Under the pieces are notes generated by a model. That model worked only from the letters and a program-made list of their open reading frames with translations. It was not told the origin of the DNA and searched no databases. Below, one piece after another: positions 21,001 through 28,605 of a DNA stretch of 44,942 nt (position 1 is its first letter; each line of letters opens with the position of its first letter). A program made the position numbers and the translations under genes. The DNA comes from Syntrophorhabdales bacterium (GTDB lineage Bacteria; Desulfobacterota; Syntrophorhabdia; Syntrophorhabdales; WCHB1-27): contig JBEKJU010000002.1 of assembly GCA_050011095.1 (NCBI GenBank), forward strand, positions 1 through 44,942, given 5' to 3'.

Positions 21001-21390
21001 GGAGTGGAGACCGATGCCCGTGCCGAGAAGAAAATCCTGTATATCCTTGAGGCGCACCACGTCGCCGTTGATATAGTACTCGTTCGTCCCGTCGCGGTAA
21101 ATTCGCCTCCTTATGGCGTACTCCCTCTCCTCGTTCATGAGTCCCAGGGTGACCTCCGCCATATTCACCTGTTTTTTGGCGCTGCTGCCGTGGAAGATGA
21201 CGTCGCCCATCTCCTTCACCCGGAGCGATTTCGTGCCCCGCTCTCCCAGGACCCAGGTGATGGCGTCGACGATATTGCTCTTGCCGCAGCCGTTCGGGCC
21301 CACGATGCAGGTAACGCCATCGTCGAATCGGAGGGTGGTCCGGTTGAGGAAGGACTTGAAACCCAGAAGTTCGAGGGTAGTCAGCTTCAT
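18004..21390 (-). CDS. smc: Chromosome segregation protein SMC
   Basis: 1128 aa. N-terminal Walker A FKSF..IVGPNGCGKSNIVDAI, long coiled coils, a hinge-like middle, then a C-terminal LSGGEKALISLSFLLS signature and Walker B FTLMDEIDAPLDD. Confidence 0.9.
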   Translation of the reverse strand: MKLTTLELLGFKSFLNRTTLRFDDGVTCIVGPNGCGKSNIVDAITWVLGERGTKSLRVKEMGDVIFHGSSAKKQVNMAEVTLGLMNEEREYAIRRRIYRDGTNEYYINGDVVRLKDIQDFLLGTGIGLHSYAIIEQGNIEYFTQMKPHERRIAVEETSGITRFEEKKKDAFFRMEEVKANLERVEDMYGEVARNHERAEEESARLQVYNDLRKRLREFDIAFLVDGHGRLAKKAARLEEREEALAGEIEANEAKRHALVDSARSKGEEIGLIDSVTRQMEVDIKGKEKDMESRLLELTYLDEERRRLQKAAGDLRGEIDGLDRKISLYSAEVSELTRSIGVESAALAKTEQEAGEMEAQRKEQRSAREALEGAVEEERDHLFGAMTRLTEVRNGILERERMLKERQARRQRRIEEERLLSDKLRLLEEKVSSLRERMEDELAEKARVEDEEKAIVDRYEGLAREAGRVRNEIEGLKGVKRGKEEVFRQMKSYAEAPKRAPSPYKQLIDILRCSKETEHVMERFFPREMEYRVLTEEDPYNLAIIAKEYKENFVFFPKRGILGLDGGEVDVRLTRVDGLAEAFRRIGEGEEGLFLSGNVIVDSRGFVRRAEDRGALSIREFREKTRLESELARIGEHLRVKSSELGELLLSQKDFEKRRQAVQEKRRSHELGMVAAEREIINNEAEIRTTRERLKERASESEAGPGGDIGAVPAEEIREKERWEKEKDRIERLLADLKKGLEEAKGGEGRADAAFHRMSIAIERGRNQLKKNEEEAGRKKSAVGALRNEKGARQRKVAEVEQGLQEAVRKAGQLEAGYRVLQEDCARAVTRYEEMKARLGGTHAEKAALEEEIQALGDEGARIRVKKEGVERERLVLQEKRDAIRKKLREEYGVEEPVQGPGPVITDEAERETILEGLAALGDVNFRAWKESAELKERLEFLEKQKADLTTAMESLRKTITKIDSVSRELFLETFERVNEAFKGFTHTLFKGGQGALMLNRETNGIDLYVQPPGKKVTRIELLSGGEKALISLSFLLSLMNTKPSPFTLMDEIDAPLDDANLVALLEIVKTISRRTQIIIITHNRLTMEFSNTLYGITTEEAGVSKTISIRLQGVDVEGDGRAVQTIRK

Positions 21391-22778
21391 GTGATTGAAT
21401 GGAGGGCTCTCGTGATCCGCTTATGCACGGTCTGTCTCCCGAGGATCTCGATCACCTCGAAGATCCCGGGGGTTACTTCCCTGCCCGACAGGGCTACCCT
21501 GATGGGCTGCACGACCTCGACGACCTTCTTGCCGAGGTCCTTCGCGATGGCCTCGATGAGGACCCTCTGCTCTGCCTCGGCCAGGCTTGGAAGGCGCGCA
21601 AAATCGAGGAGGAAGCGTTCGAGGACGGGCCTCGACGCGCCTGTCAGATGCCTGAGCCTGGCCCGGTCCTCATACTCGATCTCCTCCCTGAAGAAGAATT
21701 CCGCCATCTGCGCCATTTCCTTCAGGGTTTTTGCCCGCTCCCTCAGAATAAGGACGATCTTCACGAGCATTGCCCTGTCCGTCAAGCCATGCCCGATCTT
21801 TTGAAGGAAAGGGGCGAGCCTTTCGGCGATCTCTTCCGCGGGGATCGTCTTCATGTAATGGCTGTTGAGCCACAGGAGCTTGTCCATGTCGAAAATCGCG
21901 GGTGACCTCCCCACATTCGAGATGTCGAACTTTGAGACGAGGTCGCCTTTCGAAAAGATCTCCTCATCGCCGTGCGCCCATCCGAGCCTGGCGAGATAGT
22001 TCATGAGCGCCTCGGCGAGGAAGCCGTCTTCCCGGTATTCGAGGAGGGAGGCCGCCCCGTGCCGCTTGCTCAGCCTCGCCCTGTCCCTGCCGTGGATCAA
22101 CGGGACATGACCGAACCGGGGGACATCGAAGCCGAGCGCCTCGTACATGAGGATCTGGCGCGGCGTGTTGTTGATGTGGTCGTCTCCCCTTATGACGTGG
22201 GTGAGACCCATAAGGGCGTCATCGACGACGACCGTGAAGTTATAGGTAGGCGTGTCGTCGCTCCGGAAAATAATGAGGTCGTCCAGTTCTTCCACCTGGA
22301 AGGCGATCCGCCCCCTCACCATGTCGTCGAAGGTGACGGTGCCGGACAGGGGTGTCTTGAAGCGGATCACGAAGGGCCTGTCAGGGTAGTCCGTCCCGCA
22401 GTCCCGGCACGTCCTGTCATAGGACGGTTTTCGCCCTTCCGCGAGGGCCTTCTTCCTCTTCTCCTCGAGGACCTCGGCCGCGCAGTAGCACCTGTAGGCG
22501 AGACCTTTATCAAGGAGGCGGTAGGCGTTTTCCCTGTAAAGCCCCATTCTCGCGCTCTGAAAATGGACGGGACCGTCGTGGGTGATGCCGAGCCAGGCGA
22601 GACCGTCGAGGATGTCCTTTGTATACGCATCCTTGGACCGTTCCCTGTCCGTATCCTCGATCCTCAGTATGAATGTGCCGCCGTGATGCCGGGCGAAGAG
22701 CCAGTTAAAGAGGGCGGTGCGCGCCCCGCCGATGTGCAGGTTCCCGGTCGGGCTTGGTGCAAATCGTGTCTTGATCAT
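21387..22778 (-). CDS. gltX: Glutamate--tRNA ligase, paralog 1
   Basis: 463 aa with HIGH motif PSPTGNLHIGGART, KMSKS-equivalent RLSKRHG and a Cys cluster CYC..x..CRDC. The stop overlaps the smc start. Confidence 0.9.
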   Translation of the reverse strand: MIKTRFAPSPTGNLHIGGARTALFNWLFARHHGGTFILRIEDTDRERSKDAYTKDILDGLAWLGITHDGPVHFQSARMGLYRENAYRLLDKGLAYRCYCAAEVLEEKRKKALAEGRKPSYDRTCRDCGTDYPDRPFVIRFKTPLSGTVTFDDMVRGRIAFQVEELDDLIIFRSDDTPTYNFTVVVDDALMGLTHVIRGDDHINNTPRQILMYEALGFDVPRFGHVPLIHGRDRARLSKRHGAASLLEYREDGFLAEALMNYLARLGWAHGDEEIFSKGDLVSKFDISNVGRSPAIFDMDKLLWLNSHYMKTIPAEEIAERLAPFLQKIGHGLTDRAMLVKIVLILRERAKTLKEMAQMAEFFFREEIEYEDRARLRHLTGASRPVLERFLLDFARLPSLAEAEQRVLIEAIAKDLGKKVVEVVQPIRVALSGREVTPGIFEVIEILGRQTVHKRITRALHSIT

Positions 22779-22805
22779 GGGGTGCTTTACTCCGGAGTTT
22801 TTGTG

Positions 22806-22834
22806 ATTATAAGAAATATTGGTCGATTCATCAA
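22806..22834 (-). promoter_or_regulatory. Candidate sigma-70 promoter of gltX paralog 1 - smc
   Basis: On the minus strand: TTGATG (22834-22829), 17-nt spacer, TATAAT (22811-22806), about 28 nt upstream of the ATG. Confidence 0.5.
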
Positions 22835-22975
22835 TCTATATTTTCCCCCTCGCGAAAGATCGGCACAAGGGGCCCCAGGCGTATCGGCGGGGAGGGATTG
22901 CCTTTTTTGAAGAACGGTATGTATCAGCGGAACCGGCCGGGCCTGAATGGAAACAGGTGTGATGACCGCCGGTTA

Positions 22976-23004
22976 TTGAATTTCTTTCTCCAAACTGGTA
23001 TACT
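22976..23004 (+). promoter_or_regulatory. Candidate sigma-70 promoter of the carD operon
   Basis: TTGAAT (22976-22981), 17-nt spacer, TATACT (22999-23004) preceded by TGG (extended -10-like). Divergent from the gltX promoter. Confidence 0.5.
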
Positions 23005-23042
23005 GTTAAGCGATACGGGACTAGCCCGTGATTGGAGGTGAA

Positions 23043-23552
23043 ATGACTAGAGGTGAAATGCTGAAAATTGGAGAAGTAGCAGTGTATCCCGGTCATGGCG
23101 TGGGCAGAATCGAATCGATAGAAGAAAAGGTCATCTCGGGAACGAGGCAGGCTTTCTACATCATGCGGATTCTTGATTCCGATATGACGATCATGATCCC
23201 CGTGGAGAGCGCCCAGCACGCGGGCCTCCGCTACGTCATCGATTCCGACGAGGTCCTGAAGGTCTATGACATCCTGAAGGACAGGAGCTTTATCCACGAC
23301 ACGTCTCCGTGGAACAGGCGATACAAGGAGTATATGGAGCGGATCAAGAGCGGCTCCATCTTCGAGATCGCCATGGTGCTGAGGGAGCTTTACAGCCTCA
23401 GAATGTGGAAGGAACTCTCCTTCGGCGAGAGAAAGATGTTCGAAACGGCACGGAACCTGATAAAGAAAGAACTCTCCATCGCATTGAGCAAGGACGAAGA
23501 AGAGATAGTCACTGACATAGAGAGCATATTCACGAACAGTCCAAAAGGTTAG
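23043..23552 (+). CDS. carD: CarD/CdnL family RNA-polymerase-binding transcription regulator
   Basis: GEVAVYPGHGVGRIESIEEKVISGTRQAFYIMRI is the typical CarD_TRCF RID. ATG 23043 has a GGAGG RBS. Alternative starts are 23028 (GTG) and 23058 (ATG). Confidence 0.8.
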   Translation: MTRGEMLKIGEVAVYPGHGVGRIESIEEKVISGTRQAFYIMRILDSDMTIMIPVESAQHAGLRYVIDSDEVLKVYDILKDRSFIHDTSPWNRRYKEYMERIKSGSIFEIAMVLRELYSLRMWKELSFGERKMFETARNLIKKELSIALSKDEEEIVTDIESIFTNSPKG

Positions 23553-23557
23553 ATTCT

Positions 23558-24604
23558 TTGACCATCGTATTGCAGCTTGTTCTGATAGCGGTGACGGCCG
23601 TTACCGGCTACTTTATCGTGAGAGGGGTTTTCCCGAATCCCCTTTACGATCTGGTCGGGGCTGCCCTGGGCCTGGTCGTCGGTTACCTCGTCATTAAGCT
23701 CGAAGAGAAACTGAAGGAAATACCCCTCAAGATCATTATCGGAACACTGGTGGGCATCACCATCGGTCTCTTCGTGACGAACCTCTTCATCTCAAAGCTC
23801 CTCCTGACCCACGCAAAGGATGCCCCCATCACCCTGCCGATCTACATTCTGCTCTATTTCGTCATGGGCTATCTGGGCTTTCGGATCGGCGAGAAGAAGA
23901 GCCACACCCTCGACCTGTCGAAGGTGCCGCTCTTCGGTTCGATGGAGGCGAGCGAGGGCAACAAGATCCTCGACACGAGCGTGATCATCGACGGCAGGAT
24001 CGCGGATGTATGTGAAACAGGCTTCCTGGAAGGGACGTTCGTGATCCCCCAGTTCGTCCTTTATGAGATTCAGCATATCGCCGATCTCCAGGACCCGGTG
24101 CGGAAGACCAGGGGCAGGCGCGGCCTTGATATACTGCACCGCCTTCAGAAGCAGACCCACATCAAGGTGAAGATCGTCGATATCGATTTTCCCAAGCTGA
24201 AAGACGTCGATTCGAAATTGATCGCCCTCGCGAAGAGCCTCAACGGGAAGGTCGTGACGAACGACTATAACCTCAACAAGGTCGCCGAGCTTCAGGGGAT
24301 CAGCGTGCTCAATATGAACGAGCTGGCCACCGCATTGAAGCCGGCCATACTTCCCGGAGAGTTGCTCACCATCAGGATCGTGAAGGAAGGCAAGGAGTAC
24401 GGCCAGGGCATCGGGTACCTCGACGACGGAACCATGGTGGTTGTCGATGACTCGAAAAGGCTGATCGGAAAAACCGTCGACGTCGTCGTGACCAGCCTCC
24501 TTCAGACAACCTCCGGCCGGATGATCTTCGGCAAGCTGAAGGAGCAGGCCGAAAAGGAATTCTATTTCCCCGAAGACTACAACTACGAAGAGCACGTGAG
24601 GTAG
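23558..24604 (+). CDS. PIN/TRAM domain membrane-anchored protein (YacL-like)
   Basis: 348 aa with N-terminal transmembrane helices, a PIN domain (ILDTSVIIDGRI..VTNDYNLNKVA) and a C-terminal TRAM-like beta domain. Conserved position upstream of ispD-ispF-gltX. TTG start is uncertain. Confidence 0.75.
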   Translation: MTIVLQLVLIAVTAVTGYFIVRGVFPNPLYDLVGAALGLVVGYLVIKLEEKLKEIPLKIIIGTLVGITIGLFVTNLFISKLLLTHAKDAPITLPIYILLYFVMGYLGFRIGEKKSHTLDLSKVPLFGSMEASEGNKILDTSVIIDGRIADVCETGFLEGTFVIPQFVLYEIQHIADLQDPVRKTRGRRGLDILHRLQKQTHIKVKIVDIDFPKLKDVDSKLIALAKSLNGKVVTNDYNLNKVAELQGISVLNMNELATALKPAILPGELLTIRIVKEGKEYGQGIGYLDDGTMVVVDDSKRLIGKTVDVVVTSLLQTTSGRMIFGKLKEQAEKEFYFPEDYNYEEHVR

Positions 24605-24606
24605 GC

Positions 24607-25305
24607 ATGAGAACTTTGGCGATAGTCCTTGCCGGCGGAGCGGGCAAGCGCATGGGCTCTTCGACGAACAAGCAGTTCCTCCTCCTCGACAACAGGCCCA
24701 TCCTGGTTCACACGCTGCAGGTCTTTCAGGAGTGCAGGCCTGTCGACGGCATCTACCTCGTCGTCAACCAGAAGGACCTGTCTATCATACAGGAGGAGAT
24801 CCTCGAGGCGTATCACTTCAGCAAGATCCTGAAGCTCGTCATCGGCGGCCGGCTGAGGCAGGACTCCGTGCGGAACGGGCTTGAGGCGATCGATGAGACC
24901 TGTGACATCGTCATCATTCACGATGCGGCCCGTCCGTTTGTCTCGCCGGCCTTCGTCGAGAAGTCGATATTTCTGATGGAAATGTTCGATGCCATTATCC
25001 CCGCGATCCCCGCAAAGGATACGATCAAGGTCGTCTCGAAAGAGGGGTTTGTCCAGAAGACCCTGGAGAGGGATGCCCTCTGGCATATCCAGACCCCCCA
25101 GACGTTCAAGTACGAACTCATCACGAAGGCCTACAGGGAGGGCATGGGGAAAAAGCTCTGCGGCTACGATGACTCGACCTTTATCGAACATCTGGGCAAG
25201 AAGGTCAAGGTCGTTGAAGGCTCCCCGTACAACATAAAGATCACGACCCCTGAAGATCTCATCATAGCGAAAGGACTCCTTGCGCACCTGAAAGGAAATG
25301 CATGA
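24607..25305 (+). CDS. ispD: 2-C-methyl-D-erythritol 4-phosphate cytidylyltransferase
   Basis: 232 aa with AIVLAGGAGKRMGSSTNKQFL, IHDAARPFV and QTPQTF motifs. Confidence 0.9.
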   Translation: MRTLAIVLAGGAGKRMGSSTNKQFLLLDNRPILVHTLQVFQECRPVDGIYLVVNQKDLSIIQEEILEAYHFSKILKLVIGGRLRQDSVRNGLEAIDETCDIVIIHDAARPFVSPAFVEKSIFLMEMFDAIIPAIPAKDTIKVVSKEGFVQKTLERDALWHIQTPQTFKYELITKAYREGMGKKLCGYDDSTFIEHLGKKVKVVEGSPYNIKITTPEDLIIAKGLLAHLKGNA

Positions 25306-25787
25306 GGATCGGCCTCGGCTATGATGCGCATGCATTTATCGAGGACAGGCCATTGTTTCTCGGTGGGGTCCGCATCGCCTTCGACAAGGGCCTTCTCGGC
25401 CACTCGGACGGGGATGTGCTCCTCCACGCTATCAGCGACGCCGTGCTGGGCGCAGCCGGCGCCGACGATATAGGCGTCCACTTCCCGAATACGGACAAGA
25501 CGACGGAGGGCATGGAGAGCGCGAAGATCCTCGGCCGGTGCATGGAGCTCGCCAGGACGAGGGGCTACGAATTAGTCAATCTGGATGCCGTCGTCGTGGC
25601 TGAGGCCCCCAGGATCATGCCGTACCGCGAGGAGATAAGGACGAATATCGCCCGCATCATGGCGGTGGACGTCAGCCGGATAAGCGTAAAGGGCAAGACG
25701 ACGGAGGGCATGGGCTTTACGGGGAAAAAAGAGGGCATCGAGTCTTTCGCGGTCTGTCTGCTCATGGAAAGGGGCGCCCCATGGTGA
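25302..25787 (+). CDS. ispF: 2-C-methyl-D-erythritol 2,4-cyclodiphosphate synthase
   Basis: 161 aa, MRIGLGYDAHAF..GHSDGDVLLHAISDA..KGKTTEGMGFTG. ATGA overlap with ispD. Confidence 0.9.
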   Translation: MRIGLGYDAHAFIEDRPLFLGGVRIAFDKGLLGHSDGDVLLHAISDAVLGAAGADDIGVHFPNTDKTTEGMESAKILGRCMELARTRGYELVNLDAVVVAEAPRIMPYREEIRTNIARIMAVDVSRISVKGKTTEGMGFTGKKEGIESFAVCLLMERGAPW

Positions 25788-27151
25788 GGGTACGATTTGC
25801 ACCCAGTCCCACGGGAAACCTGCACGTGGGAAACGGGAGGACCGCCGTTCTCAACTACCTCTTCGCCCGCCATGAGAAGGGCCGCTTTATCCTGAGGATA
25901 GAGGATACCGATCTGGAGCGGTCCCAGGTGGCCTTCGAGGAGTCGATCAAGACCGATCTCAGGTGGCTCGGCATCGACTGGGACGAGGGACCCGACCGGC
26001 AGTCGGAGCGGCTCGATATCTACCGGAACCACGCGGGGATGCTTCTTGAGAGGGGCCTCGCCTACAAGTGCTTCTGTTCGAGGGAGGGGCTTGAATCGGC
26101 CCGCGCCGACGCGCTCAGGCGGGGGGAGCCGCCGAGGTACGGACAGACGTGCCGGAACCTGCCCGATGGCGCCGTAAGGGCCCTTGAGGCGCAGGGCAGG
26201 CCCTTTGTGCTCAGGTTCAAATCACCCGCAAAAGGGATCGCCTTCACGGACGGTATCCACGGCGCAATGGATTTTCCCGCCGGTCACGTGGATGACTTCA
26301 TCATCATGAGGACGGACCGGGTCGCCTCTTACAACTTCGCCGCCGCGGTCGACGATCTCCTCATGGGCATTACGCACGTCATCAGGGGGGCCGATCACCT
26401 CCCGAATACGCCGAAGCAGATCATGCTTTTTCTCGCCTTCGGCAAGGAGCCGCCCGCATACGCCCACCACTCGCTGCTTCTGGGAAACGACAGAAAGCCT
26501 CTCAGCAAGAGGCACGGCGCGACCACGGTAGCGGAGTTCCGGGCACTCGGCATCCTTCCTGAGGCCATGGTGAACTACCTCGCGATTATCGGGCGGCGGA
26601 CGGACGATGAGCTGATGGGGGTCGTACGGCTGGTCGAGACATTTTCCCTCCGGTCCTTTTCCTCGTCCGATACCCTCTTCGACAGGGAAAAGCTGCTGTG
26701 GCTCAATAAAGAGCACATGCGCATCATGCCGCCCGCCCTTCTCGCGGCCATGATGGGCCTGCCGGAAACGGACCGGGAAAAAGTGGCTGCCTTGCGGGAA
26801 AATGCGAGAACCCTCAATGACATGCGCGCAATGCTCGCCATGTTCGAAGGGGCCGACATCGAGGAGGACGCCGTGATCTACCTTTCGACGCTCAAGGACG
26901 GACACGGTCTGCGCGCGCTCCTTCAGGGGATAACCGAAGGGGACCACCGCGATTTCGAGGACCTTTTCAAGGGACTGGAGAAAAGGAGCGCCCTTGCAAG
27001 GAGGGAGATCCTCATGGTGCTCAGGATCGCGATCACGGGCAGGAAGAGCGGGCCTCCCCTGAAAGAGCTCTACCGGTTCGTCCCGAAGGATATTATGCTG
27101 AAGAGGGCAGAATGGTTGGAAAAAAGGTTTTCCGGGCCATCAGAAGCATAA
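25781..27151 (+). CDS. gltX: Glutamate--tRNA ligase, paralog 2
   Basis: 456 aa with PSPTGNLHVGNGRT (HIGH) and PLSKRHG (KMSKS-like). It sits in the ancestral ispD-ispF-gltX position and is clearly diverged from paralog 1 (roughly half of the N-terminal residues are identical by eye). Confidence 0.85.
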   Translation: MVRVRFAPSPTGNLHVGNGRTAVLNYLFARHEKGRFILRIEDTDLERSQVAFEESIKTDLRWLGIDWDEGPDRQSERLDIYRNHAGMLLERGLAYKCFCSREGLESARADALRRGEPPRYGQTCRNLPDGAVRALEAQGRPFVLRFKSPAKGIAFTDGIHGAMDFPAGHVDDFIIMRTDRVASYNFAAAVDDLLMGITHVIRGADHLPNTPKQIMLFLAFGKEPPAYAHHSLLLGNDRKPLSKRHGATTVAEFRALGILPEAMVNYLAIIGRRTDDELMGVVRLVETFSLRSFSSSDTLFDREKLLWLNKEHMRIMPPALLAAMMGLPETDREKVAALRENARTLNDMRAMLAMFEGADIEEDAVIYLSTLKDGHGLRALLQGITEGDHRDFEDLFKGLEKRSALARREILMVLRIAITGRKSGPPLKELYRFVPKDIMLKRAEWLEKRFSGPSEA

Positions 27152-28605
27152 ACGTCAAGAACGTCTTCCGGCGGCTCTCGCTCAGAACGCAACTCCTGCT
27201 GATCCTCCTTTTCGTCCTTCTGATTTCCGTAAGCTCTCTCTCGATCATCTCAGCGAGGAGCGAGGAGGCCATCATCGATAAGGTGACGGGCGACCTCGAC
27301 GATATTACGAAGGCGATTCAGATAAGCGTGGAGGAGCTGACCTACAGGGGCGACAGCACGCAGAGGCTAAAGAGCTACGTGGATATGCTCAACCGGAAGG
27401 GCATAAAGGAGATATCCATCATAAGCGACGATGCCCAGGTGATAGCGAGTTCGAACCCCAAGAAAATAGGCACCATGGAAAACCCGAAGAAGATCGCGGG
27501 GCAGGACAGGACCACGAAGAAAAAGAACCTCATCATCACGGCCAAGCTCGGCGAAGAGAGCGGAAAGGAGGGGCAGCGCCTCTACAACGTGATCATGCCC
27601 GTCTCCATCAAGGGCCAGAACCTCGGCTACATCCACATCAGCATGATCCTGGACGACTACAAGTATCTCCAGAGGAAGAACCACCTGAAGAGGATACTGG
27701 GCACGGTCTTCGCGTTCGCCATAGGCATCATCATATCGCTCGTTCTCGCCCAGCAGTACACCGACCCCATCAAGAAGATCGCGAACGCGAGCAGGAGGAT
27801 CGCCGAGGGAAAACTCGTCAAGATACCCGAGAACGACCGGAGAGACGAGATCGGGGTGCTCATGAGAAGCTTCAACGAGATGGTCGAAAAGCTGAGTGAG
27901 AGGAAGGAGCTCGAAGAAAAGCTGAAAAAGACGGAACAGCTCTCCATGATCGGTCAGCTCGCCTCCGGCATCGCCCATGAGGTGCGCAACCCCCTTAACT
28001 TCCTTTCCCTCTCCATCGGCCACATCAAGGAGAGACTCGTGGAGGAGGGGATGTCGGAGAGCGACGATATCGGCAACCTCCTCGACAACCTCAAGAAGGA
28101 GCTTTACCGGGTCAACGAGCTGATAAACAATTTTCTCTTCGTAGGGAAGCCGATCACCCTGAACAAGGGATGGGTAACGCCGAAGGCCCTCATGGGGGAC
28201 GCCTTGTACACCTTACAGGACAAGGTGAGAGACGGGATAGAGATCACTTCGGTCTGCCCGGACGGGCACATGCGCATTTACTGTGACAGGGAGTATATGC
28301 GCATGTGCCTGATCAACCTCATCCTTAACTCCGCCCAGGCGATCGAGGACAAGGGGAGTATCGTCGTGAAATTCGCCGTCGAAGGCGACATGGCATCCAT
28401 TTCGGTGACCGACGACGGAAAGGGCATGGAGGACATCGACAGGATATTCGAGCCATACTATTCAACGAAGAAACTGGGCATCGGCCTCGGGCTCACCATC
28501 ACACAAAGGTTTGTTGAAGAGCATGCAGGCACGATCTCGGCGGAAAGCATCGCGGGTGAGAAGACGGTGATGACGATAAGGGTGCCGGTCCATGCGGTCT
28601 CATAA
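27112..28605 (+). CDS. Sensor histidine kinase (TM-sensor-TM-HAMP-HisKA-HATPase, NtrB/AtoS-like)
   Basis: 497 aa with two hydrophobic segments flanking a sensor region of about 150 aa, a HAMP domain (DEIGVLMRSFNEM), H-box GIAHEVRNPLN, N-box NLILNSAQA and G-box DDGKGM..GIGLGL. Confidence 0.8.
   Translation: MVGKKVFRAIRSINVKNVFRRLSLRTQLLLILLFVLLISVSSLSIISARSEEAIIDKVTGDLDDITKAIQISVEELTYRGDSTQRLKSYVDMLNRKGIKEISIISDDAQVIASSNPKKIGTMENPKKIAGQDRTTKKKNLIITAKLGEESGKEGQRLYNVIMPVSIKGQNLGYIHISMILDDYKYLQRKNHLKRILGTVFAFAIGIIISLVLAQQYTDPIKKIANASRRIAEGKLVKIPENDRRDEIGVLMRSFNEMVEKLSERKELEEKLKKTEQLSMIGQLASGIAHEVRNPLNFLSLSIGHIKERLVEEGMSESDDIGNLLDNLKKELYRVNELINNFLFVGKPITLNKGWVTPKALMGDALYTLQDKVRDGIEITSVCPDGHMRIYCDREYMRMCLINLILNSAQAIEDKGSIVVKFAVEGDMASISVTDDGKGMEDIDRIFEPYYSTKKLGIGLGLTITQRFVEEHAGTISAESIAGEKTVMTIRVPVHAVS

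Noticed and set aside
23031-23060. Tandem duplication AGGTGAAATG x2 at the carD start
   Set aside because: It simply creates two in-frame ATG codons, each with its own purine-rich RBS, which makes the start position ambiguous. It is too short to indicate anything beyond a small duplication.
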